A DNA stretch of 64,000 bases from Spirochaetota bacterium (GCA_965208615.1 CBDBPB010000004.1:416001-480000); one strand, 5' to 3'. Shown: positions 1 through 10,567, numbered from the stretch's first letter. The notes: generated from the letters alone by a model not told the origin. Numbers and translations: made by a program.

Positions 1-1776
1 CAAAACAGATACCTCTTGATTTAACTCATCTATCTCTCTATTAATAGAAGTTTTATCATTCATAATATAGTTATTAAGGTCCTTACCAAGAAATATAGAA
101 TATTTATAAGTATATTTTCCTTTTGCCAATAAAAACTTACCTGTCCAGCTTCCATCATCTTGTTTGTTAAGCTCATATTCCTTAACCTGCTTACTTTCAC
201 TAGATTTAATAATAACAGATACCTTTTTTACACTATCTTCACTATACATAGCTAAAAATTGCTTATATCCGCTAAGCTTCTTTTTATCTGGACTATCTTT
301 AGCCGCTTCTTCATTAATAGCTTTTTTCATCTCTATTCTAACCATATTAAGCTGATCAAACTTAAAAGCAACCCTATAATAACTTATATTACCAACATTA
401 ACAACATTACTATTAGAAATACTACTAGTAAGTTCCCTTTCTTCGATTCTTAGTTCCTCAGGATCATAAGGAAGTTTTTTCAAAACCTCTTTTTTGATAA
501 CTTTATTATCGGCAATACTATCCCTAACTGACTTAGGTTTTCTTTTCTTATCAATTTTTTTATCTATAAGCGGCTCTGTAAACATTCCAGGTACTTCTAT
601 TACACAAACATTTCCTGTTATATTATTTTCTCTATTAACATTTTTAGCTATACCTTTATCATCCTTTACAGGCACTTTATTTACTCTATAGCTTTCATCG
701 TTCGAGATAACCTTATTAGAATAAGGATCTAAAACCTTTAACTCAATATTACTAGTTCCAGAAAAGGATAATATAAAATAATACTTATACACTCCAGCTG
801 AAAGAGGAATTTTAACAGAATAAATCCCATTTTTGTCCTTAACCATTGGATGTTTTGAACTATCCCAGTTATTAAAGGATCCTACAACGCTTACCCCTTC
901 AACCCTATCAGAATTATAAAGTTTTAGATTTTCAACCAGCATATCAAGCTTTTGAGGATCAGTCTCACCAGCAATCATGTCTTCAAGGGTTTTTCTACCT
1001 AACTCAAGGTTTAAAAACCTAAATGTAACAGAATAGTCCTTTTTTTCAAACCTAGGTTGAGCACTCTCACCAAGGAAATGATGAAGTTTATATAACCTTA
1101 ATATACCTTTTAGTCTTTTAACAAGTTTAACTAAAACAATATTCTTATCACTAAGCTCGGTTATACCAAGACCAGGAATATTAAGAATAACCTTTTTCTT
1201 TCCAAAGATGTTCAAGCTCTTATCTAAAGATGATTCATTTAATTTAATAGATTTATAATCATTTAGTATTATTTCTGTAGCAATCAAGCTATTTCTAAAC
1301 CTGATAACTTTAATAGCGTTAATATTTTGACTATCTATGGTTTTAGTTTCAGTTTCCTCAAATGGTATATAAGTTATATTGCGATCTATTATTATATTTC
1401 TTTGAATGGTAATTTGTCTTCCTTCTTTTTCATACACTACTTCTGCGTGATAGTTATAGCCATCCCATTTATATACGTTATTTACTTTATCTCCAGACTT
1501 AATACTATCCAAGTTTCCGTCAATTATTTTAGCCTTTAAATACCTTGGTATAATCTTTGATACTTTTATAATAGCTTTTGTTGAGTCATCCTTATCATGA
1601 ATATATAAAACGGTTCCCTTTTTTATGGACTGTGCCTGATTAGTTTTTATCCAGACAGTTTTATCATTTTGAGCCGTATTTTTTATAACTCCCTTAAAAA
1701 TACTTTTAGCAATAAGGCTATGGCTAAATAATATGGACAATGATATTATAATTGCTATTTTTATAGGCGTTTTCAT
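1..1776 (-). CDS. Secreted protein with two CBM48/AMPK-beta-like glycogen-binding (E-set) domains; 3' end runs off the window
   Basis: Hand translation gives an open frame from ATG at 1776 (GGGGG RBS) to position 1. It starts with the signal peptide MKTPIKIAIIISLSILFSHSLIA. It contains VSVVGSFNNWDSSKHPMVKDKNGIYSVKIPLSAGVYKYYF and a second degenerate copy, YELNKQDDGSWTGKFLLAKGKYTYKY. Absent from the ORF track because no stop lies in the window. Confidence 0.8.
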   Translation of the reverse strand, partial: MKTPIKIAIIISLSILFSHSLIAKSIFKGVIKNTAQNDKTVWIKTNQAQSIKKGTVLYIHDKDDSTKAIIKVSKIIPRYLKAKIIDGNLDSIKSGDKVNNVYKWDGYNYHAEVVYEKEGRQITIQRNIIIDRNITYIPFEETETKTIDSQNINAIKVIRFRNSLIATEIILNDYKSIKLNESSLDKSLNIFGKKKVILNIPGLGITELSDKNIVLVKLVKRLKGILRLYKLHHFLGESAQPRFEKKDYSVTFRFLNLELGRKTLEDMIAGETDPQKLDMLVENLKLYNSDRVEGVSVVGSFNNWDSSKHPMVKDKNGIYSVKIPLSAGVYKYYFILSFSGTSNIELKVLDPYSNKVISNDESYRVNKVPVKDDKGIAKNVNRENNITGNVCVIEVPGMFTEPLIDKKIDKKRKPKSVRDSIADNKVIKKEVLKKLPYDPEELRIEERELTSSISNSNVVNVGNISYYRVAFKFDQLNMVRIEMKKAINEEAAKDSPDKKKLSGYKQFLAMYSEDSVKKVSVIIKSSESKQVKEYELNKQDDGSWTGKFLLAKGKYTYKYSIFLGKDLNNYIMNDKTSINREIDELNQEVSVL

Positions 1777-1921
1777 TAAAATCCCCCTTAACTTCATTGT
1801 GTGAAATATATAATAAATATAGAAATTTTCAAGTTAATTTAATAAAAAAACAATTTTTAGTATACTCTTAGTTATATTGCTCTATATAACTCTATAACAT
1901 ATATAGAAACTAGTTAAGTTA

Positions 1922-2917
1922 TCATAGCTTTTCTGCAATCTGAACAGCATTTAATGCCGCACCTTTTAAAAGCTGATCACCTGCCGTAAATAATGCAATA
2001 CCATTTTCTGTAGAGTAGTCATAGCGTATTCTTCCCACAAGGACATCGTCTATATTAGAAGCCAATAAAGGCATAGGAAAATAGTTTTTTTCTATATCAT
2101 CAACAAGTTTTGTTCCATCGAACTCGTCAATAGCCTTTTTAACAGCCGATAATGATAAGTCATTTTCCAGTTCAAGGTTAATAGACTCCGAATGAGCACG
2201 TAACACTGGAACACGTATACAAGTAGCAGATATCTTTATCTTACTATTATTTAATATTTTCTGAACTTCATTAATCATCTTTTTTTCTTCTGTATTATAT
2301 CCATCGTCACCAATCATGGAGTCATGAGAAAAAAGATTAAAAGCAATTTGATGAGGAAAAACTTTTTTAATAATAGATTCATTATTAATATATGCTCTAG
2401 ACTGTTTTATTAATTCCTCCATGGCCTCATGTCCTGCACCACTTGCAGACTGATAGGTGGATACAATAATACGCTTTATTTTGGATAACCTATAAATAGG
2501 GAAAACAGCCATAAGCAGTATAATAGTACTACAATTCGGATTAGCAATAATACCTTTGTGATGCTTAATAACGTCTGAGTTAATCTCTGGTATAACAAGG
2601 GGAGTATTATTATCCATTCTAAATGCAGAACTATTATCTACAACAATACATCCCTCTTTAACCGCATGAGGTGCAAATTCAACACTTCTACTACCTCCAG
2701 CACTAAATAATGCAATATCCATACCCTTAAAAGAGCTAGGTTTTAATTCTTCTATAAGTATTTTCTCACCGTTAAAATTAAGCTTTTGTCCTTTTGAACG
2801 CCTTGATGCCAAAAGCTTAATGGATCTAACAGGAAAACTTCTTTTTTCTAAAACCTTTAAAATCTCATTCCCAACGGCACCACTGGCACCAACAACAGCT
2901 ACATTTTTTAAATTCAC
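1922..2917 (-). CDS. asd: Aspartate-semialdehyde dehydrogenase
   Basis: VGASGAVG Rossmann motif, IANPNCST catalytic Cys, STYQSASGAG, RVPVLRAHS, LLKGAALNAVQIAE. Confidence 0.97.
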   Translation of the reverse strand: MNLKNVAVVGASGAVGNEILKVLEKRSFPVRSIKLLASRRSKGQKLNFNGEKILIEELKPSSFKGMDIALFSAGGSRSVEFAPHAVKEGCIVVDNSSAFRMDNNTPLVIPEINSDVIKHHKGIIANPNCSTIILLMAVFPIYRLSKIKRIIVSTYQSASGAGHEAMEELIKQSRAYINNESIIKKVFPHQIAFNLFSHDSMIGDDGYNTEEKKMINEVQKILNNSKIKISATCIRVPVLRAHSESINLELENDLSLSAVKKAIDEFDGTKLVDDIEKNYFPMPLLASNIDDVLVGRIRYDYSTENGIALFTAGDQLLKGAALNAVQIAEKL

Positions 2918-3067
2918 TTAATTATCCTTAATTTTATAAGATAATCTAATAAATTAATACCCTAGCCTCCCCAAAGGCAACCTAAACTTATAAAAAAAAA
3001 TATAAACTCCATTAGTAGTATATTTTAATGTTTAACTAATTAAATTCCTCAACTGCTAAACTAATAT

Positions 3068-4273
3068 TTAATTGTTGGTTGGTTCCATAGGAAAGTCTTT
3101 ACCCATAACCAAAAGAATATCATAATACTGATCAGGCTTATTAGCAGTATTATAAATATGTTTAATTTTTAATGATCCCTTTATATAGTTAGCCATCTCA
3201 AGGTTATCAGATAAATTAACAATATATGACTCATCTATTATATTTCTGCCTATTCCATAAAAGCTAACATCAAGATTTAGCACCTTTACTAAAAAGTTTT
3301 TACGCTCAGACTGGCTAAACTCATCAAGATGTCCTAATCCGCTGGAATCAATAACCTTTACACGAATCTTATTAGAGGCCTTAGGATATAAACTCGTTGG
3401 AGACTTTATAAACCTAAAATAATCCTCTGGAGAGTCTTTTAAAGATAATTCTCCTTTTTCTCTAAAAGAAAACATATAAGAATAAATATCCATAATCCTA
3501 ATCCTAGATAGCATATCCAAAAATATCCTCCCCTTATTAGATGGCATATTAGATATAACACCATAATTATTAATAGCCTTAACAAATTCGCTACCGTTAG
3601 ATAACAATTTTAATACCGAATATAATACTCTATTATGCTTAGTCTTAGTAGAAAGAACTTTGTTAGCAGGATTCATATACTTTGATATACCATATCCCTG
3701 TATCAAAAAGAAATTATTACTCTGATCATATTTCTCTAAAATAGATCCATGTACAATAATTTCTTTATTCTTTTCTGAGTATAGAATAACTTTTTTTAAT
3801 TTTCTTGATACCTTTTCATAAAGGTTGTCATATAAAACCAAATAATAAAACTTTTTATTAAAAAACCACTGAAATTGATCTAAAAGACCATTTTCTTTTT
3901 TCTTATTATAAACATTGATAAGCTGTTTTTGTTTAAGAGAGGCCTTTGCAGGAAAATAAGATAGTATTAACTTTCCGGTATTTTTTTTATACCCCATCAT
4001 TATAACCGATATAAGTTTATTATCCCTAGGGTTATTTACATTAATTATTATAAAGTGGTAGTCAGACTTGCTTAGCTCATGAGATTCTTTAGTTTTGTTT
4101 ATGCCCAAAAAGTAGTATAATAAAACCGTAATTAAAATAAATATAACAAATATGCTTATTAATCCCTTTATCGGAAAGCTTTTCTTCTTATTTATTCTTT
4201 TTCTTCTTGATACACTTTGTTTAAACTTATAGTTTTTGTAATCAAACTTTTTTTGCCTCATTATATAAACCAC
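3068..4273 (-). CDS. Membrane-anchored LCP-like protein with LytR C-terminal domain (divergent)
   Basis: Basic N-terminus followed by a single TM helix. The segment ISVIMMGYKKNTGKLILSYFP resembles the LCP N-terminal strands. The C-terminus IRVKVIDSSG...DILLVMGKDF matches the LytR_C pattern. Confidence 0.65.
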   Translation of the reverse strand: MVYIMRQKKFDYKNYKFKQSVSRRKRINKKKSFPIKGLISIFVIFILITVLLYYFLGINKTKESHELSKSDYHFIIINVNNPRDNKLISVIMMGYKKNTGKLILSYFPAKASLKQKQLINVYNKKKENGLLDQFQWFFNKKFYYLVLYDNLYEKVSRKLKKVILYSEKNKEIIVHGSILEKYDQSNNFFLIQGYGISKYMNPANKVLSTKTKHNRVLYSVLKLLSNGSEFVKAINNYGVISNMPSNKGRIFLDMLSRIRIMDIYSYMFSFREKGELSLKDSPEDYFRFIKSPTSLYPKASNKIRVKVIDSSGLGHLDEFSQSERKNFLVKVLNLDVSFYGIGRNIIDESYIVNLSDNLEMANYIKGSLKIKHIYNTANKPDQYYDILLVMGKDFPMEPTNN

Positions 4274-4514
4274 TTTGTTTTTTATTAATCCAACTTATAT
4301 TTGCGATAATATATTGCTGTTCGAGCTTTCTAACAATTTAAATAGCCTAACCTTAGTATACAGTAATACAAGCAAAATTGATAAATCAAATACTTCAAAA
4401 GTTAATGATAACAATTATAAATGACAAGAAAATATAATCCTAATAAGGCTCATATATAATTTCTTTACTAAGATTATGTTAAAGGTCTTTGTTTTTATAT
4501 TATAAAATCACTTT

Positions 4515-7223
4515 TTGGATAAGCCTATGCTTAATGATAAAACTTTTAAACAAAGCAATACAGCTACCTTAAACAACTTAAAAAATATAATCTCGTCACA
4601 AAAAAAATGGATAATAATAGAGTCCTCATATTCTGTATCTAAGCTATATAAAAAACTAAATAAAGAAATAACAAAAACCCTTTGGATAAGTGATAACTCT
4701 AAGTTGATACCCTTTATAGCTAATAGTATAAAAAATAATCCTAACTATAATGATTATTATAACATGCTAAAAGTGGATAGTAACGTTTACATTTTCATGC
4801 AACACCTTTCATACATAAACGAGCTAATCACTAAATATAGATGGAATCTCATAATAATAGACATAAATACATTTGATAAAAATATTACAAAAAACTCAGA
4901 ACTATTTTTACTCCTAAAAAAGTTAAGAAATATTAATCAAAAGCTTATATTAATAACCTCATCAAAAATAGCTTTGTCTATAAGACGATATTTTAATCAA
5001 TCTTTTTCAAGTTTAATTAAGCCTACAATAAATACATATTCAAACTTTAGAGTACTAACAGAAAAAAAAACTTCTCATAAACTTTTAAAAATATTAACAC
5101 TACTACAAAATATAAAGGGTAAAGGGATAATATTTATCTCACACAAAGAAGAAGGACAATTAGTAAAAGCTTTCTTAGACTCAAAAGGATATTCATCAGT
5201 ATATACTAAAGATTCAAAAGTAAGCTATAGGTATTTAAAGAATCAATTTTCATCATCAAAAAGCCATTTATATGCGGTAAAAGTAGTTATCACTAACAGC
5301 ATTGATGATATATCCTTTATCTCAAGCGATATTAACTGGATAATTCATTATAACTTTTCCAGCGGTATAACTGACTATCTAAAAGAGCTAAACTGGATAA
5401 CATCCAAAACCAATGAGCCAGAATCTTATATATTCTACAACCATAGAGATAAGGTATTAAGAGAGTCAATTATCAAAGAAGGATGTCCTGATAATAAATC
5501 CATAAGGATGGTATACTCCCATATAAAAAAAAACTTTAGGTGGGGTAACTATTGCTTTGTACCTCTTAACAAACATTTTAGTAATTTAAGGCTATCGAAT
5601 AAAAGGCTTAAAGCAACTCTAAAGGTTTTAGAACAAAAAAAACTTATAAAAAAAGAATCCCGTATAATTAGCTATGCAAAAATACTAATAGACTCCTATA
5701 CCTTTAAAAACTATCCTCAATACCTTAATAGAATGGTTAACACTGATAAGCAAAACTGCCGAATAATTAATGTATTTACTATTTGTAAAAATACTAATAT
5801 ATCCCCAATTGCTATAACAAAAAACCTTTTAAACCTAGAACAAGAAGGCAAAATATTATTCTTAGAAAAACATTTCGCAGAAGCATACTATATAACAGAA
5901 AATAACGATATCCGGTTAAAGCTTGATTACAAAGAAATAAGAAAGGCTGTTGAAATCCATAATGACTACAACGAACTTAATAAATTAGAACAGCTTGTTC
6001 AAAAAAAGCTATGCCTTAGTCCAGATAAACCAAATATCACTGATAACATAGATAGTTCTACAATGACTGGCAGAGTTATTTTAGGTATACTAGTGGTATT
6101 AGAAGAATCTTTTTTTCCATTGGGCAAATGTTTAGTATCGGAGGTTCTAACAGGATCAGGGTCAAAGAAACTAAAAAAGCTTAAACTGGATACACTATCT
6201 TTATATAGTTCTTTTAGTTTAGTAAAAGCTGAGTATATAAAAGAATTGGTTATAGAGCTTATCCTAAACGGATTATTAGAAGAAATATTTATTAAAGGCG
6301 GACTCCTTAAAGGATTAAGGCTCTCTAACAAAGGGGTTGAGGTAGTAAAAAAGGAAGGCCAGTTTAATAAGTTTTTTTGGAAAAACCATAAACAAAACTT
6401 CTCAAATAAAAAAAGCTCCCTTTACTCTACCATAAAGAAAACTATAGATAATGAATATAAAGGAAAATTATCAGACAATATTCTAAAGGCTATTTCGTAC
6501 ATGAGGCCGGAAAATAAAAAAGAACTCTCTATGATTAAAGGCATAAAACATGAACAGGTTGATAAGTTAGCTCCATTAGTCTTACAGAACACACTTTCTA
6601 ATAACAAAACTAATGATGATATACAGTCTATGAAATGCATAACAGAAATAGAAAACTTTATCAAAAATGAGTTTTATCCACAAATAAAAGGAGATTTTAA
6701 TAAAGGATATAGTTTAAGTTATTATACGTCAATATCAGAGGGCAAAAGGAGTTATACACCTATTGGTAAAATAGTTCACAACTATAAGTATAAAAATAAA
6801 AAAGAGATTAGCCATTTAATTAAGGATAAAATACTATCTTTTTTTGAAAAAGAAAAGGAGTTCTTAAAAGTCGACTTTATAAGTGTGATACCGTCTCATA
6901 AAAAGTATCCTTCTATTACATCAGAGTTAGCCGAGTGGATTAGTATTAAACTAAATATTCCTTTTCAGCCCGATCTTATAATGCAAACAAGGGATTCTAA
7001 TTATCAAAAAACACTGGATACCCTTGACAAACGAGTTAATAATTCTCTTAACTTGTTTACTACAGCTTATAAGGACCTAATAAAAAACCGCTCTATACTC
7101 ATCATGGATGATATTTATGACTCTGGTACTACTGCTAATGAGTGTACAAGGTACTTAAAGGCACATAAGGCATACAGAATATATTTGTTAACCTGTACTA
7201 AAACTTCTTATAGGGATATATAA
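4515..7223 (+). CDS. Degenerate RecQ-like helicase (inactive motifs) + RQC + HRDC + ComF-type phosphoribosyltransferase domain
   Basis: RecQ layout is recognisable (GIIF, WIIHYN, SYIFYN). RQC: LGKCLVSEVLTGS. HRDC: LKAISYMRPENKKELSMIKGI. C-terminal PRT: ILIMDDIYDSGTTANEC. Confidence 0.8.
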   Translation: MDKPMLNDKTFKQSNTATLNNLKNIISSQKKWIIIESSYSVSKLYKKLNKEITKTLWISDNSKLIPFIANSIKNNPNYNDYYNMLKVDSNVYIFMQHLSYINELITKYRWNLIIIDINTFDKNITKNSELFLLLKKLRNINQKLILITSSKIALSIRRYFNQSFSSLIKPTINTYSNFRVLTEKKTSHKLLKILTLLQNIKGKGIIFISHKEEGQLVKAFLDSKGYSSVYTKDSKVSYRYLKNQFSSSKSHLYAVKVVITNSIDDISFISSDINWIIHYNFSSGITDYLKELNWITSKTNEPESYIFYNHRDKVLRESIIKEGCPDNKSIRMVYSHIKKNFRWGNYCFVPLNKHFSNLRLSNKRLKATLKVLEQKKLIKKESRIISYAKILIDSYTFKNYPQYLNRMVNTDKQNCRIINVFTICKNTNISPIAITKNLLNLEQEGKILFLEKHFAEAYYITENNDIRLKLDYKEIRKAVEIHNDYNELNKLEQLVQKKLCLSPDKPNITDNIDSSTMTGRVILGILVVLEESFFPLGKCLVSEVLTGSGSKKLKKLKLDTLSLYSSFSLVKAEYIKELVIELILNGLLEEIFIKGGLLKGLRLSNKGVEVVKKEGQFNKFFWKNHKQNFSNKKSSLYSTIKKTIDNEYKGKLSDNILKAISYMRPENKKELSMIKGIKHEQVDKLAPLVLQNTLSNNKTNDDIQSMKCITEIENFIKNEFYPQIKGDFNKGYSLSYYTSISEGKRSYTPIGKIVHNYKYKNKKEISHLIKDKILSFFEKEKEFLKVDFISVIPSHKKYPSITSELAEWISIKLNIPFQPDLIMQTRDSNYQKTLDTLDKRVNNSLNLFTTAYKDLIKNRSILIMDDIYDSGTTANECTRYLKAHKAYRIYLLTCTKTSYRDI

Positions 7224-7461
7224 TAGCCTGTTAAACTGTTATACATTACATTAACTGTAAAAAACCATATAACAAATATAATAAAAACTATTCTAAGTTA
7301 GCCAACCACTCTCATAAAGAAGTATAAAATAAACCTATCCTTATATTCTATATTTTGTCATAAAGTGATAAGTGTTATATAAAAATCTATGCCTTAGTGA
7401 GTTAATTAAATATCTTACTTTTATGATAGTTTTTCTTAATATTTAAATTATTGTATAAGAT

Positions 7462-7489
7462 TTGACATAATAAATGTAGAAGATATAGT
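7462..7489 (+). promoter_or_regulatory. Putative sigma70 promoter of nrdJ
   Basis: TTGACA (7462-7467), 16-nt spacer, TATAGT; GGGG RBS before the ATG at 7523. Confidence 0.5.
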
Positions 7490-7522
7490 ATATATAATTT
7501 ATAAATGTTACGGGGATAATAA

Positions 7523-10234
7523 ATGAAAGTACTTGGTGATAACGGATCTAACAGTTTAATGGGAAAAAACATTATAGATATGGATGAGGAGGAGCATATT
7601 ATTGGGAATAAAAATGGAATAACTATAAATAGGATGTTTAGTAAAGATAATATACATCCATTTGATGAGCTTGAGTGGGAGTTGAGGAGTGCATCCATTA
7701 CCAATGAAAAAGGGGATATTATTTTTGAAGAGAATGGAGTTGAATATCCCAAGTCATGGTCTCAGATGGCTACTAATGTTGTAACTTCAAAGTATTTCAC
7801 TGGGGGACTGAACCGCGAAAAGAGTGTTAAACAAGTTATTAACAGAGTAGCACGGACTATAACTGACTGGGGCTATGCTGATGGATATTTTAATGATAAA
7901 AACTCTTCCGAAGTCTTTTGTTCAGAGCTATGTTATCTTTTGATTAACCAAATGAGTTCATTTAATAGTCCTGTATGGTTCAATTGTGGTGTAGAAGGCA
8001 ATAGTAACCAGTTTTCGGCATGTTTTATCAACTCCATAGAGGATACTATGGAATCTATATTGGGTTTAGTTAAAACTGAGGGTATGCTTTTTAAGTGGGG
8101 TTCTGGCACTGGTACTAATCTATCCCCTTTAAGATCGTCAAAAGAAGGCTTAACTGGAGGGGGTACTGCATCTGGACCAGTATCTTTTATGAAGGGCTAT
8201 GATGCTTTTGCTGGAGTCATAAAATCTGGGGGCAAGACTAGACGAGCCGCTAAAATGGTAGTGTTAAACGTTGATCACCCCGATATTAAGGAATATATAT
8301 ACTGCAAGGCTAATGAGGAAAAAAAAGCATGGACTTTAATTGATTCTGGCTATGACGGCTCTTTTAACGGTGAAGCTTATAGTTCAGTCTTTTTTCAGAA
8401 CTCTAATAATAGCGTTAGGGTTAGTAATGACTTTATGGGCAGTGTTTTATCTAACGATAACTGGGCAACCAAATCAGTTGTGCTGAGGCAGGATGTGGAT
8501 AACTACCCCGCAAGAGAGCTTCTTAATGATATGGCTGAGGCCGCTTATATATGCGGTGATCCTGGCATTCAGTTTGATACTACCATAAACAAATGGCATA
8601 CATGTCCTACTTCTGGGCGGATAGAGGCCAGTAATCCTTGTTCTGAGTATATGTTTTTAAGTGATTCCGCTTGTAATTTATCATCCATAAACGTTCTTAG
8701 GTTTAGGGATAAAGATGGTAACTTTAATATAAGTCAGTTTTTATACGCAGTTAGCGTTATGATCATTGCTCAGGAGATATTAGTGGATCATGCCGATTAT
8801 CCAACGGATAGGATTGCTAAAAACAGCACAGAGTTTAGACCTCTTGGACTTGGTTATGCTAACTTGGGTGCACTTTTAATGGCGAATAGTTTAGCTTATG
8901 ACAGTTCAGAAGGCAGAAGTTATGCATCCTTAATAACTGCATTGATGACTGGTCAAGCGTATAAAATATCTTCCATTATTGCATCCAATAAGGGAAGCTT
9001 TAAGCATTATAATAAAAATAGCAAGTTTATGCTTAATGTTATATCCATGCACAAAAATAGTATAGATAAAATCGAAATTGATAAAAATTGTCAATATCTT
9101 AATTTGCTTAAAAATAGGGCTAAGGAAGTTTGGTCTGAGGCTTATGATCTTGGCAATAAATATGGATACAGAAATGCACAAACTACTGTTTTGGCTCCCA
9201 CTGGGACTATAGCTTTTATGATGGACTGTGATACTACTGGTATTGAGCCTGACATTGCTCTTGTTAAATATAAAAAAATGGTGGGCGGTGGACTCTTAAA
9301 AATAGTTAATCAGACTGTCCCTCTCACACTAAAAAGTTTGGGCTATACCAAAGAAAGTACTAATAGTATTTTACAGTATATTAATGATAATGATACTATT
9401 GAAGGCTGTTCTGATCTAAAAAAAGAGCATTTATCTATATTCGATTGTGCATTTAAGCCGATTAATGGAACTCGATCTATTCATTATATGGGTCATATTA
9501 AGATGATGGAGGCTGTACAACCTTTTCTATCCGGGGCAATATCAAAGACTATTAACATGCCCAATGAGATAACCATTGAAGAGATTTATAATACCTTTAT
9601 TGAAGCGTGGAATAGGGGATTAAAGTCCATTGCTATTTATAGGGATGGCTCAAAGCGTACTCAGCCTTTGACTACCAAAAAAGATGAAAAAGAAATAGTC
9701 AGGGGACTACATAGAAAAAGACTCCCTGATGAGAGAGAGTCTATTACTCATAAGTTTAGTGTTGGCGGACATGAGGGCTATATCACCGTTGGGATGTATG
9801 AAGATGGTAATCCTGGAGAGATATTTGTGGTTATGGCAAAAGAGGGTTCTGTTGTATCCGGCTTAATGGATTCCTTTGCTACTGCAATATCCCTCGCTTT
9901 ACAATATGGCGTACCCTTAGAGGTGCTTATTAGTAAGTTTAGCCACACCCGTTTTGAGCCCTCTGGATGGACGTCTAATAAAAAGATTCCCATTGCAAAG
10001 TCTATTATGGATTATATTTTTAGATGGCTTGCGTTAAAGTTTGCTCCTGACAAAGATGAGGACAGTATAAACATAGAGTTAGAAAACGATAATAAGCTTA
10101 TATCTAAAAAAGAAGAAAGTATATTTGATAATCAGGCTGACGGCATTCCATGTTTTACTTGTGGCTCTATTATGGTTAGGAATGGCACTTGTTATCGCTG
10201 TCTTAATTGCGGTAATACTAGTGGTTGCTCCTAA
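7523..10234 (+). CDS. nrdJ: Class II (adenosylcobalamin-dependent) ribonucleoside-diphosphate reductase with TSCPD domain and C-terminal Zn-ribbon
   Basis: FNSPVWFNCG, SACFI, GGKTRRAAKM, ASNPCSEY catalytic loop, LAPTGTI, GAISKTINMP, C-terminal CFTCG...CYRCLNCG...GCS. Confidence 0.96.
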   Translation: MKVLGDNGSNSLMGKNIIDMDEEEHIIGNKNGITINRMFSKDNIHPFDELEWELRSASITNEKGDIIFEENGVEYPKSWSQMATNVVTSKYFTGGLNREKSVKQVINRVARTITDWGYADGYFNDKNSSEVFCSELCYLLINQMSSFNSPVWFNCGVEGNSNQFSACFINSIEDTMESILGLVKTEGMLFKWGSGTGTNLSPLRSSKEGLTGGGTASGPVSFMKGYDAFAGVIKSGGKTRRAAKMVVLNVDHPDIKEYIYCKANEEKKAWTLIDSGYDGSFNGEAYSSVFFQNSNNSVRVSNDFMGSVLSNDNWATKSVVLRQDVDNYPARELLNDMAEAAYICGDPGIQFDTTINKWHTCPTSGRIEASNPCSEYMFLSDSACNLSSINVLRFRDKDGNFNISQFLYAVSVMIIAQEILVDHADYPTDRIAKNSTEFRPLGLGYANLGALLMANSLAYDSSEGRSYASLITALMTGQAYKISSIIASNKGSFKHYNKNSKFMLNVISMHKNSIDKIEIDKNCQYLNLLKNRAKEVWSEAYDLGNKYGYRNAQTTVLAPTGTIAFMMDCDTTGIEPDIALVKYKKMVGGGLLKIVNQTVPLTLKSLGYTKESTNSILQYINDNDTIEGCSDLKKEHLSIFDCAFKPINGTRSIHYMGHIKMMEAVQPFLSGAISKTINMPNEITIEEIYNTFIEAWNRGLKSIAIYRDGSKRTQPLTTKKDEKEIVRGLHRKRLPDERESITHKFSVGGHEGYITVGMYEDGNPGEIFVVMAKEGSVVSGLMDSFATAISLALQYGVPLEVLISKFSHTRFEPSGWTSNKKIPIAKSIMDYIFRWLALKFAPDKDEDSINIELENDNKLISKKEESIFDNQADGIPCFTCGSIMVRNGTCYRCLNCGNTSGCS

Positions 10235-10244
10235 CTCTTTGAAA

Positions 10245-10273
10245 TAGGTATAAATAAACCTTATTTATACCTA
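10245..10273 (+). terminator. Hairpin downstream of nrdJ (possible terminator or mRNA stabiliser)
   Basis: Perfect 13-bp inverted repeat TAGGTATAAATAA-ACC-TTATTTATACCTA, 10 nt after the stop; no clear U-tract. Confidence 0.5.
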
Positions 10274-10567
10274 ACCTTAAGACTGAGACAGTATTATAAA
10301 GTACACTTTTTACTGCCATATTATGTTTTTTCTACTCATTAAAAAACTACTTGTTATGTATAAAGTTAAATATTTCTTGCTATAATTAAAAAAATTACTA
10401 TCTTTACATTACAATAAAATAAAAAATCAGGTAAAGGGAAATTAAAACTTTATAACTTAGCTCATTAATAAATATACCTTATTATAAAGATTATAGGCCA
10501 AGATTTAGGTCTTAATATAATTATTTTACCTTAACCTACCTTTAACTCTACCATTAAGGGTATCTTT

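Noticed and set aside
164-1539. Short + strand ORFs 164..355, 259..453, 494..691 and 1327..1539
   Set aside because: Antisense shadows of the long minus-strand ORF 1..1776
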